DNA of 64,000 nt. Origin: Yuukianura sp. NJ FZ-2021. Lineage: Eukaryota. Below the pieces are notes generated by a model. The model made no database searches. It saw nothing but the letters and a program-made list of their open reading frames with translations, and had not been told where the DNA came from. Of this stretch, positions 1 through 13,559 are shown one piece after another. The number at the start of each line of letters is the position of its first letter. Position 1 is the stretch's first letter. The DNA is taken from contig CM102287.1 in assembly GCA_046563655.1 (NCBI GenBank), positions 4,650,001 to 4,714,000 on the forward strand. Reading direction: 5' to 3'. The position numbers and the translations under genes were made by a program.

Positions 1-365
1 GATAAGTGGGATGGATCTCAGAATCTCCATTTCCCTTAAGGCTTTTCCCTCCTAATTGAAAAATACAACAAAGACACACACTTTTCTCCCTGTCACTCCT
101 ACTTTTTCAAAATCCTTTTCAAAAAATACCTTTTCCGAAATCGAAATTTCGAAAAAGTCGTTTTCAAGAAAAAACGCCGTGTAAAAGTTACTACACTATT
201 CGCTAGTAGTAACTAAATTACGAAAGTAGTTAGAGTTTACTTGATGTCACGTGCCAAACTTAAATTCCGCGCTTCCAATTCGGATTAATTTTTTGAAGTA
301 CTTTGAATTTGAAAATTCAACCAAAAAATTTCAATTTCAATTTTTTTTCTTTGAAAATTTTGCAG

Positions 366-3300
366 CTCAAAATTTTGCCTTCTACCTGCTGTTGTCGCTG
401 GTGTTCACGAGTGTTTTGGCGTGTCGCCGCGGGGAACGTAATCTCTTTCCTGTTCTGCGTCTGCGCGGCTGGAAGTACGTTCTGGTTGCCCTTGCAGACG
501 TCGAGGGAAACTTCCTCCTGGCCAAAGCCTACCAGTTTACAACGCTCACCAGCGTCCAGGTTAGGTTTTTCACCTAAAAGTTAGGTTTAAGTTATGTTAA
601 GGTTATGTTTTATGTTAGGCTACTTGTGAAAAGCCGTTTTCAATAAGGAAGAGAGGAGCAGGTTAAGTGAAGGGGCGGAGACCCAATGATGATAGATGGG
701 CAACTTAATAGAAACGCGGGCTCTCGATTCCTTAATCCTCCGCAGCTTTCGCTTCCTTTCACCCTGGAAACTAAAACTTTTTCATCTCACAACCCTCATT
801 ACCTTCTGGTTCACAAAAGTAAGAAAAAAGTGAAAGTTTTTGTGCACCAATTCCTTACACGTGCCTTCGTTTTTTGAATTTTGAATTTTGAAAAGAGAAA
901 GTCTAATTGGAACGAAGAGGATGAAGAAATAAATTATGAATTTTGGACAATAGAGGGAAAAAAGGAAAGTAGGAGATGTCAAATCCAGAATTTCAATTAC
1001 GCTTGGATACGAAAGAAAAGCTCCAAGGAGAGAGATTTTTTTCTTAGTTTTCTCCATACTCCATTCTGCTTTCTCCTGACTTTTCTCGTGTAGGAGATGA
1101 ACATCATGATGGCTTACGCCAGAAGCAAAATTTGAAATCTGAGCTTTTTTCAAAAATCTCCGAATTTTTTTTTGTTAGGGAGTTGTTTTTTGTAAGAAGT
1201 CTTTCCTTGTTCCATTTGGAGAAAACAGAGAAAGTTCTTAAACCCATCCACGTATGAACGTATGGATTTCTCATGCAGGAGCAGTTTAAAATCCTAACAT
1301 GACTTTGAGCTCAATGCCTAAATCCATTTCCTCGTTCTCTCAAAGTAATAATTCATGAATAATAAAGAATTGATTCACAATTCACTTTGATCAAAGTCCC
1401 TTCACTTGCACACGCTCCACTACCTTTTGACCAACTTCCAAAGACACAGATTGAAAATATACATACTGGGCTAAGAATAGACTGAAATGCAGACATAATG
1501 TACAAGTCGAAGCTGAAAACGCTGAAACACCTTTGAAAAACACAATGGTAGGTTGAAACAATTGAAAACACACTGAGAAACGCTTCCTTGTTGACCTTTG
1601 TTACAAATTTTAACTTAAAATACATTACAAAAAAACACTGAAATCCGATCTATCCTTAAAAAAGTTTAAGAAAACTTAAGGAAAGATGTCTTTAAAAACC
1701 ATTTTTTAGTTAAACTGGAAAGCACTAAGAGCGTAAACTCTAGAGAAAGCATACTTTTTGTGTAAAAACACTGAAACACCCTAAAAGAAAACACACTTTT
1801 CGTTTAAAAACACTGAAACACTCTAAGAAAACACACTTTTTAGTTTAAAATCGCTGAAACACGCTGTTTTTGTGATAAAACACCAAAACAGGCTGTTTGG
1901 TTGAAAAAGTTGAAACATGTAAAACAAAAGTATGTAAAACAACAAAAAACACTCAAGGGCTAAATCACTTGAAAGTGTTTTCTGTCTGTAACTTTGAAAA
2001 ATATGCAGAGAATCTGCCAAAATTTGGAAGGGAACTGCGGAAGTGAAAGTTGCAAATGACGTCATTACGGAGACATCAAAGTTTATACCCACTTTCACTT
2101 CCGTTGGATTCCCCCATTAGTGTAACTGTTGCTACAAATTTATACTGTACTATGTTTATTCACTTTTTTTTGGAATCTCGAAAATTCAAAATCTCCAAAA
2201 TTTTAATTAAAGTTGTGTTGTTTATGTGATAGCTGCTGGACTGTTTTACAATTCCAACTGTCCTGTCCCTGTCATGGTTGATTCTCCGAATTCGGTTCAA
2301 AATCCCTCAGATCCTCGGAGTGTTCATCTGCCTTCTGGGAGTCTCCTGTCTCGTGTGGGCAGATTTGGACAGAGATGGGCAGCACATCGGCTCTGGTTCG
2401 CTTTCACTTTTTCGTTTTTACCACAGAAATGCACATTTTCTACTTTTTCTTTTCAAAAAGCGCCGCTTTTTCCTTCTCACCAAAACCAGTTTTCTATAGA
2501 TTCAGAGTTCCCACTTTCTCTTTTCTCTAAAAACGTGAAAAGGAAAGGCGAAAGTGTTTGAAAGGCAAAGAAGCGGAAATTTCCTTATTTTTAAACTTCC
2601 GCTTCCCACTGGAGATTCGCTACACCAAGCACAAAGATGCTTTCAACTCAATTTCCATTTTTTTCGCTCATTCCAGACCTCCTGCCAGCTCACTTTTTAA
2701 AATTCGAATTAAAAACATCTTTTTTTTTTCAAAATTTTGTTGGAAAAATTAGAACAATTGGAAAGCAAAATCTACTTTCTTTATTTTTTATGAGAAATGC
2801 TTCAGCGCCGATCAAAAAACTCTCAAAATTTGTCGTGCTTTTTTCCTCTAAAAACCTTAGTTCATCTGGCAATATGCTCCCGACATTCTCGCTAAATTGA
2901 CCTCGTGACCTTGACCTTTGACCTTTATCCAGGTCGTGACCGGTTTATCGGTGACATGATGAGTCTCAGCGGTGCTTTTCTGCACGGTGTTTCCGGCGTT
3001 GCTCAAGAATTTGTGGTCAAAACGTTCGACTGGGTCGAATTTCTCGGAATTGTTGGCGTCATTGGCAGTTTGGTCGCTGGAATCCAAGTGTACGTTTTCT
3101 TCTATTTCCAAAAGAGTTAAAAATTTACGAAAATGTTAAAATTTCAATTCTTTTCTTCTGATCAGGATTCTACTGGAGTCGAGTCTGATCGTAGAATGTC
3201 CCTGGACAGAACAGACGATTTGTCTGTTAGGGCTCTACGCTGTGGCTCACTTTCTTCTGTACCTTGGAGGCTCCATTGTTTGTAAATTAAGTTCTGCAAC

Positions 3301-4694
3301 AGCCCTCAACCTCTCCCTTCTGTCCGCAGACTTCTATGCTCTCGTGCTCGCCATTCAACTCTTCGACTACAAAGTAAACTTTCACGTCCACTTTCACTTT
3401 TCACGTTAACTTTCCACGTTCACGTTCACTTTTCATTGAATCCAGAACTTCCCCTCCCGTCAACTTGTCTCACAAAATCCCCGTTTTATTATGCAACAAC
3501 TTTCTCCTGATCTTCTCCCTGGACACAAAAGTCAATGTCTTGGGTTGACATGACACAAAAACTTAACAAATCCCATGTTCTGGACATCAAAAAATATTTT
3601 GAAAAGAATCATAAAATCGTTTTTCAATTTGAGTAATTTCGGAAAAAGAGAAAGCGGAGACCTTGAAAAGCTCTTAATCCGTGGTGCTTTTGGTTGTAAT
3701 TTCAGTTTCATGCTCTGTTCTTCCTGTCCTTTGTGCTTGTGATGGTAGGCGTAATGGTATTTGCCATTAAACCAACCTCAACGGCTCCACATCTCTATCG
3801 GTATCACTTTCACTTCTAACATTATTTCCAAATGCATTTCAAAGTCCCTGCGATGGGTCACTTCCAAATGACGGTCATTCACTTTCGCTTTCCCTCTCCT
3901 TTTATTATAGGTCCCTCGTACGAGAGCAAACGACCATCACGACAGATTTAGAACTCATTGCATCCGGCACTTCGCTTCCGCCGCCGTGCATCGAACATCA
4001 CTACGCCTCCGACATCACTTCAACATTCAACGGGGGACAAACTCTCATGCAGCCTTACGCCAACCACTCCAACAGTAAACAGAATAAGGTAAACCTAAAA
4101 CATAACCTAACATTACTTAACCTAACTGTCACAAGTACTCTAATATAACCTAACCACTCATAAAAGTGTTTGGTTTGGTTAGTCAAACATTCTAAAAGGA
4201 AAACTAACTTACAAGTATGTTTGGTTAGGCTAACGATTTCAAAATGAAACTTAAACATCACAAGTTTTTGGTTAGGCTAACATTTTCCAAATGCAACTTA
4301 AACAGTCACAAGTGTATTTGGTTAGGCTAAGGTTAGGCTAAAAGTTCAAACTGAATTATTTGGTACGGTTAGACTGAAATTCTCCTACCGAGGAAGTGGT
4401 AGTTTCATGTTAGGCTAACATTTCTCAACCTAACTAACATTCTCCAAGGTACTTTTTGGTTAGGTTAGACTAACATTCTCCTACTGAAGTGCTACTCTTA
4501 AGGTTAGGTTAACATCGCTTGGGGTGAAGTGCACTTGAGAGAGTCTTGTGGAAGCCTAATTAGTCCTTATCTCTCACTTTCACTTTCACCAAAACTACTT
4601 TCTCCTCACAATTACCTTTGACTTTGTCTGTTTCCAGTACTTTCCGGAACCACCGAACGGCATCACCCCAACCCATGTCATCTCCGACCACTGA
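366..4694 (+). CDS. SLC35F: SLC35F1/F2-like solute carrier (DMT superfamily), 5'-partial, 7 visible coding exons
   Basis: Phase-consistent GT-AG exons 366-559, 2233-2395, 2933-3089, 3166-3373, 3706-3800, 3911-4088 and 4638-4694 (TGA). The spliced product reads ...KAYQFTTLTSVQ|LLDCFTIPTVLSLSW...GDMMSLSGAFLHGVSGVAQEFVVK...SSATALNLSLLSADFYAL...FDYK|FHALFFLSF, matching SLC35F family motifs. The last two exons (cytosolic tail) are less certain. Confidence 0.9.
1500..1960. repeat. Degenerate short tandem repeat (AAACACTGAAACAC-like), intronic
   Basis: Repeated aaaacactgaaaca / aaacgctgaaacac / aaaacacactttt units. A reverse-orientation relative (gtgttttttagttgaaaactg) lies at ~24420-24720. Confidence 0.55.
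4085..4515. repeat. Degenerate GGTTAGGCTAAC / TAACCTAA repeat cluster in SLC35F intron
   Basis: Many dispersed ttaggctaa, ggttagg and aacctaa words, not in a perfect tandem array. Confidence 0.5.
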
Positions 4695-7600
4695 ACTTCA
4701 ACTTCAACTTTTCTGAGGTCCAGAAGTTGAACCAACACGGTGTGCCAGCATCCCTTGTCTTCTTTGTTCCAAACTGCCGAAGTTTCGTCTTTCCTCGAAA
4801 AGGCAGGAGAAAGTTGAACATTGTCTCCAGGGACACGCAGGAAAGTTTTGACTGACAGACCATCGGAGAAGCACGGGGGAGCGGCATATGCTAATTTCCG
4901 ATTCTTTGCCAGGACTTTTCTCCAGGAGTTCCAGGAAAAGCTGGAACTGAAGCTAACTTCCAATTACCGAAAGTGTTTGAGACATTTTCTGATGGGAATA
5001 AATCTACCAACGGTTGACTCGGTTCAATTGAGCAATGCAAGGGAAGATCAGATCCAACTTCTTGTCTTGTGCTGCTGCTTTTTCTCCAGGTTCTTCCAGA
5101 AAAGTTTTGCCTTTATGAGCTGGAAGTTGGGACAGGGCCAAGAGCGTTTATTTGCTTAAGGCTCCCGGAGTAAAAAAGGAGAAAGTTGTAAGTGATGCAT
5201 CGGTAAGTAAATGAGGTTGTTGGGAGCCCTCAGCATCTCCACCCGTCCTCATTAGAATTCCCTCCAGGACTGGAGCAGCATCCTCCTCCACTGGAGCAAG
5301 CATTCGCCTGGACAGGAAGCAAGTGTAAACAAGATCAGAGAGCAGCAGTTTCAGTTCTAGTCGTCAGGGATTCATTTCTGTTGGTTACAAAAGGAGAAAG
5401 TAAATAGGGAGTTCCGGAGTTACGAGATGCGTTCAGAGACAGAAAATTGTCACTCACTGAGTTCCTTTTCTATGGTCTGGTGGAGGGAGTAACTAAATAC
5501 ACACTAAATCACTCGCCAAGAGACAATTAAAATAATCCCTCCAGGAACGACCGGGCTTTCTCCATTTCCCTTTGTGAAAATTCACAAACATAAACAAAGT
5601 CACGCTAAATTGCCTTCTCATGCTTTCTGTCTTCTTGCAGAAAAATCGCCTCCTAAAAAAATTCGTGTGATCTCAAAAAAAAATCGTTAATTGAAACTTT
5701 GAGGAAAAAAAATCTGCCTCTAAAAATCTGAATTTTCCCTCAAAATGAAAAACCTTTCCCCCAAAACGTAAAAATTTTCTCCCAAAAAAGCAAAAAATTT
5801 CCCTCCAAAAATCTGTCAATAGATTTTCCCCAAAACGTAAAAATTTTCCCCGAAAAAAAAAACAAAACAAAATTTTTTCCTCCAAAAATCTTCGAATTTC
5901 TTCTCGAAAGATGATCTGTGAATTCATTTTTCCTAAGACATTTTACAATTTTCCTCCAAATGGCGTTGAAGTTTGCCTAAACACACTTGGAATTCTTGGG
6001 TCTAAAATTCGATAAATTTTTTGGAAAAGAAGATGTCTTACACTATTTTAAACTAAAGTACATAAGTTGACTTTTTTGAAAGATAAAATTCTTTCAAAAC
6101 TTGGCTTTTTCCAAAAGAGTAATCTGAGGAAAAGTTAAGTGTCAATTTCGGGGAGTGGGCCTTCCAGAAAGTAGAAAAGTCTTTGCCCCTATAGCCAAAG
6201 ACGAAGTGGATTTTTCGAAAAGACGGAAAGTTAAAAGAAAAGTTTTTTCGAATTGGACAGAAACTGGAAAGCTTTTCTTCTTTTTTCCAAAAAATCTTTG
6301 TTTGTAATGCAAGAACATTTGTGGAAGAGTGAAAGTATGGCAGAGAGAAAGTTTAAAATTCCAGAGAGCTGCCTTCCAATCCCAGTAGAGAGAAGGAAGA
6401 GAGAGAGAGAAAGCAGAAAGATTTCCTGATCATTGAGCAATATTGGAAAAAGTTTAGAAAGCTATTATCTTCCTTTTAGTTTCTGCAATGAGCCTCTCTG
6501 TCTAGCTTCTGTCAGCGTCAAGGCATCCATCCGCTGACCCCCTTCACCACTTTCTCCAAAAAGTTCCACCAACAGCCCCACCATCGGCCCCACCAAAAGC
6601 CCCACCATCAGCTCCACCCGTGCCACAAAATCCTAAGCTGCTTCCACAATTTTTGATCCGACAGAAGAAGACACACGGTCCCAGCTTAGCAAAATTTCTG
6701 AGCTTTCACTTTTCTCCGCGTATTTCGCAGCTTGGGGTTTACCTTTTCGACAGAATTTCGGATACATCAAAAGGAGACATACGATTCCTGATCCAGGATT
6801 TCAGAATTCACAGCTTGGGGGTCTCGTTTTTGCAGAGTTTCGAGAGCTGATGGTTCGTTTTTCGAAATTTCGTTTTTCAGAAGGTGAAGAGCTTGGCGGT
6901 TCTTTTTTCGTCAGAGTTTCGGATATTGCGGAGAAAGCGTTTGGCCTTTGGGATGGATCAAAGAGAAGATGAGTGAATAATGCTGTGGCGAGGGAAGGAT
7001 CCATCATAAGATCCAGTGAAAGTCCTTTGCCTCAGTGCAACCGTCACAATCCATCTGAGCTCACGAAATCCTAATTCCTCCACTGCACTTTCTTCCTATT
7101 CTTTCCTTCGTCCTTAATCTTCTTCTCTTCTTCTGCTTTCTCTTCTTGAGTCACACACTTGACTGGGAAATGGAAATCCAATTTGAACCAACCTCAAAGT
7201 GAATCTGACTCCTTTTCTGCTCAAATGACCACAAGTTGCACAGGAGACTCACTTTCAAAAAATAAAACTCAAATTCAATTCAACTTTTTACACTTTTTAT
7301 TGGAATTGCAATTCATTCCAACGCGTACGCTCACAAATAAATTACTAACTACGCAAAAGAACTGAAATCAATTGTGAAATTCTAATTCAGAAAAAAATCA
7401 GATCAATTTCCAAATTCTAAAGAGATTCTAATAAATAAATCCGGATTTTTAAAATATTAGAGTTTTCTACCACACAAATTCTGATTTTCAAAATTCTAGA
7501 GATTTCCAATTAATAAATCCGGATTTTCGAAATTCAAAATTGAAACTCAAATTAAACATTTCAATGTGGAGAGAGCAAATACTACGTCAAGTATCGATTA

Positions 7601-7876
7601 ACTAATTAATATCGTGTGTCAGATTCTAACAATTAATACTTTTTTCATTCTTGGCTAAAACTTAACATTCAAAAATTTGAAAACAATTTCAAAATTTCGA
7701 AAACTAATATTTGATCGATTAGTTTGTGCATTACGAGTGAGATAAAGTGTGTGACAAGTTGTGTTTCACAGTTTTAAAATACTTTTGATTTTACGATTAA
7801 ATTAATTTACGACATTGAACACTGGTTTTGTTCGAGTTCGGCGGGCGTTTCAGCAAATTCTGACGAAAAGGGAAGT

Positions 7877-10800
7877 TCAATTTTCGTCTACATCGTCGTC
7901 ACGTTGTTGGCGTTCAGAGTTCGTTCCATTTCTGGAGGATGAGCCAACTTCATCATCGTCGTTAGCACTGGCCGAAGGTGGCCTTTGTCCTTGAGCTCCA
8001 GATAATCCTGCTTCTGACACCAAAAGAACAAAAGATCAGAGTTTAATTTATTAGCACAAATCAAAATCTATTGTTCTAAACTGGTCTAAAAAATCTCTCC
8101 TTTTCAAGCCTAACCTGCCGCTGCCTGTGGAGACGACCGTCGGATGTGGTTGAGACAAGTGAGCATTCGAATCATAAAACCGGCCTGGAAAAACCAAAAT
8201 GAAAAATTAGTTTTTCCAAAAAGAAAATTTTTAGAACAAGGATTTTAAAAATGGTCGTTACCGGAACTGTGATGGTATCTTTGGTCTCTTCCAACAAAAG
8301 TTCGTTTCTCTTTGTGAGCTTTTCAAAGGAAAAAAAAAGTTAATCGAAAGTTAGTTTAGCGAGAAAAGAGAAAGGAGATTGTGAGGTGGGTGTGCAATTA
8401 ATCATTTCGAAGTTTATGTTCTTCGAGGATTGGAGCTTGAGCTTACCTCTGCTGCATGAAGCGTATCAAATGAGGTTTCTTCGTTAAGCGGTGTCCATAG
8501 TTTCACATTGTAGTCGATTCCGGAAGAAGCGAGAATCGGAAGGGTTGGATGAGGTTGGATGCAGTTGACGACGTGCGTATCCGCCTCAATAACATTAACC
8601 AACTCTCCAGTCCTGGAACAAACCAAAAACAAAGGTCATAAAGTCAACTGGGCACGGTGCCAGGGCACAGGAGAGGCTGAAAACAATAATTCGCGTAGCG
8701 CAGAGGCGTAATTACCTGCTCCAGAAGAAAATATGACCGCAGTCGGAGCCGGAGATGATAAATTTGTCTCCCCAGAAATTCACTTCTTTTATCATTGTTC
8801 TGGAAAAGAGAAAGTAAAAATGTGAAAAAGCGGATTATGGAATTTACGATTTTACAGATTTTTTTTAAAAACCTTCTCTTTTTTTCAAAAACTTCCAGTA
8901 TCATAAATTACCTTGCGTTTCTGTGACCTTTGAATCGCTGGATAACTCGACCAGAACGAATGGGAATAAGTTTGGAAGGAACACTTCCATTGGTGGTGCT
9001 GCTACTTCCGACGCTGGAAGCCTCTGGCGAAGCATTTGTAGAAAGATTGAGTGGTCCAGCAGTATCGTCGTCACTGAAATGAAATTAAAGTTAGTAAATC
9101 TCAGCTTAATTCAGTTAATTAACTTAAATTAATGACAGTTAAGCATTTACCAGGAAACGAATCCAGCTCTGGGATCTTCCACTTGAGCTTCTATGACTGG
9201 CGCATGTGGATGACGATCGTAAACTCCAGCAACGCCGCCTCCAATTTCCTCAATTTCAGCGTTTTCCGGTTCTCCACGATTTGGAAGATTTTGAGTCGGA
9301 GCTCGACGAGACCTGGAAGTTTGTGGTGTTTCGTCTAGCATTTGTGACAGCAGCGAAGTCATTCTGTCCATCAGCGATGCATGAAGTGTTGGACGAGCTT
9401 GCCCAATCTCACCCGTCGCTTGGTGAGCTGGACGAGCCAGAGGACCCTGAAGTAACAATTTCAAGTAGAATTTAAGCGTTTACAGCGCTGAAAAATTGAA
9501 ATACTTCGGAACATCTACTTACGGTATCACTCCAGTCACCGCGAAGTCGTAATCGCTTCATCGCTGCCGGTTGTCTCGGCTTCGAGCTGTGACTTTCTGG
9601 ACACAAGTGCTTGACCACATCCTCCTAAAATTTTGAATTCTGATCAATTCCAATTCAACTGCTCAAGCACAACTTTTTTTTTTTTTTCAAATTTTACCTC
9701 CAATGAGAACAGATAAATCGCTTCGGATGAAAAGCTGGCCAAAATTTCGGATCCAGCAGAATTGTACTTGACAGAGGTGATGCGATAGTACCGTTCTCGT
9801 TCATCTAACTCCGGAACGGTGAGACACCTCATCAGATGACGCGTCTCAATCTCTTCTGTCAAAAAAGAGGAGATTGACCTCGAATTTCTAAATCGAAGGG
9901 CCATGACCTTCCTGACCTTGAAGCGACACCGATCCAACTTTGCTCCCCATACGACTGTTTCTCCGGTCGTAGATTTTGATTGAACTGTCCGCAACACCAA
10001 CAGCAAGTTCGTAGGAACAATGTGGGTTGACAGACATGGAAGTGACTGGACGTGGAGTTTTGATAATCACATTTTCCTTCAACCAAAAAGAATTTCAAAC
10101 AATTTTTTCAAGTTTGCCAATATTTGTCGTTCTGAATAAATCTCACATGTGAATTTCCTTCAAAATCGTTGCAATGACATCGTTGCTGGAGTCTCAGATC
10201 AAAATGACGAACAGTCCCGTCTTCACCGCAGCTCAGAAACGTATGAGGCTCAGATGGCAGAGTGAGAACCTTGTAGCAAGTGCCTTCGTGACAGAGAAAC
10301 TTGTTTTGATCGTTGAGGTCTTTCTCAGCATTTAAATCTAAAGAGTGACACATCGTAACCTCAATTATCTTCCTTATTATGTAGTGCAACTGATTATGTA
10401 ATGTTGCAATTTACCGGTGTAAACGATTGATCCGTCTGTAAACGAAACAACAAAATTCAATTAACAATCAATTTACAGAATATGGTAGTAATGAAGTTAC
10501 TGAACTCACCACCAGCAGCAGAGACGACACACGAGTCATCAGTAAACGGAAGAAAACGAGCGCAAAATATATTTGAACGATGACTAGTTTTGTAGTCCGC
10601 AAGCACCTGAGAGAAAGCAAAAAAACATCACCAATTAATCCATTTTTCAACTTAAAATCAATTACAAAACAGCATGCCTTCTCTCTATATCCAAACGGGT
10701 CAACAATTTTAATATGCTGGTCATCAGATCCTGACAACAGTACTGTTCCAGCTTCATTCCAGCAAATGGAGTTGACACATCCATTGTGAACGTTCAGCGG

Positions 10801-11039
10801 AGGTCCAAGGGCCTTCATCCGTTTGATCATCGCCAAGTTATCTATTTAAAACAAACAGATTTCATGATTAGTAATTTCCTTGTTTCGATTTTTTGGAGAA
10901 TTAAAACACGAGAACACGACCGACCTTTGGCCAGAGAATAAATGAGGGTCCTGTCATTGTAATTATTGCTACTGTTGAACGTGGAGGAGTTGATGGCCTG
11001 AAACAGGGAATCAGCCTTTGATTTTCGTTTTCGATACAT
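7877..11039 (-). CDS. DCAF6: DDB1- and CUL4-associated factor 6 (WD40 repeat protein), ~15 coding exons
   Basis: ATG at 11039. Exons include 11039-10925, 10841-10678, 10606-10510, 10435-10415, 10337-10147, 10076-~9917, 9855-9698, 9624-9523 and 9446-9151, with further exons to TGA at 7879-7877. Motifs: [49 protein letters not shown], the DCAF6 hallmark [62 protein letters not shown] and [21 protein letters not shown]. Confidence 0.92.
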
Positions 11040-11234
11040 ATTTGACTTGACCTTGACCGTCCTTCTCCTTCCAGAATCCAGAACCTGGACTAATGCAATG
11101 CAAATGCAACCTGTCAAAAGAACAATGTCAGTCAGCTGTCAGACAGTCAGCTGTTGGAGATGAGATTCCAGTTGTCAGTTTGTTACTATGTACTAAGGTT
11201 ATGATTTGTGAGTAAATTTGCGACTTTGAAAAGT

Positions 11235-11253
11235 TGACCTAGGTCAAAGGTCA
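11235..11253. promoter_or_regulatory. Composite nuclear-receptor element TGACCT-AGGTCA-A-AGGTCA (everted repeat plus perfect DR1) upstream of DCAF6
   Basis: Three perfect AGGTCA half-sites within 19 bp, ~200 bp upstream of the DCAF6 ATG. Function is inferred only. Confidence 0.4.
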
Positions 11254-12000
11254 CATTGCAGAAAATCTTTGCAGCTTCACGCCACTAAATTGCACATTGC
11301 AACTGGTGCTAGAGAAGGTGCCGAAGGAGACCTGACAGTAACCAAAAGAATTTGCTTTACAAACTGCAGTTTTTGTAAACGGAAACGGCGCAAAACTTAG
11401 TTTTTGAAAATTATTTTCAAAAACTTACTTTTTGTAAATTTTTGAAAATACAAAAATGATGCCCAACTTCAATGTCAATGAAGAACAAACCCCATTCCAA
11501 ATGCAGAGTAATTAGCGAATTGAAATTGATTAATTTTTTAATTTTAATTAATTACGTTTTACACCTCATTTATTAACATTTTTGTACTTCCAGTACTAAT
11601 TTGTACTCATACCTTTGAGTTCTACTTTTTTTTAGTATTGAATTCGAGCTGAATTCATCAAATTTTTTAATTGAACTTTTAATAACTCAATTTAATGAGT
11701 TCTTAAGAACTAACATTATTTAGCGTCCCTTGTATTACAAAACTGGTGTGTATCACATTTATAATCATCAATCGTAATTAAATTAGTTTACAACTCACAG
11801 TTATACAAGAATGCTTGTAATATTTAAAAAATATGGATTCGTTTAACCTTTGAAACGGACAGTATGCAGTATCGTGAAAGGTGTAGTAAAAAGTTCAAAG
11901 AAAAACGCGTGTGGGGTTTTTGACATTGTGATTTTTAAATTAAGTTAAAGTTTGTCTTGTGATTTAAAAAGTGGGACATAAATTATTGCACTTGGAATTC

Positions 12001-13281
<1,281 letters not shown>

Positions 13282-13559
13282 TGATCAGTGCACTGTGCAC
13301 TGGATCTGGATCTTCGTTGGCACGGACGGTAAGCACTGCGAACTTTGACCTTGCCTCAGGTCCTATTGACTTTCTGTAACGTTCAAAATTGATAGAAGAT
13401 ACAGTAAACAAATCGACTATAACTAATTAACGATTAATTAACTTCTGTTCAATTACTAGTGGGCGTTTCCGGAACAATCAGCTGATGAATTTAGTCAAGG
13501 TGGGAACCCTTTGTTTTCGTCCGTCACTTTCCCCGCCCCTACGTCTTTGTTTACGTCTT

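Noticed and set aside
4085..4515. TTAGG-containing words resembling the arthropod telomere repeat
   Set aside because: Dispersed and degenerate, never a (TTAGG)n array; similar words occur in many introns here.
6480..7200. Possible small gene (Pro-rich + strand frame 6506-6850, - strand ORF 6801..7007, Lys/Glu-rich frame near 7075-7165)
   Set aside because: No consistent start or splice structure and no recognisable homology. The Pro-rich part comes from a 12-bp GCCCCACCA repeat. Probably UTR or intergenic.
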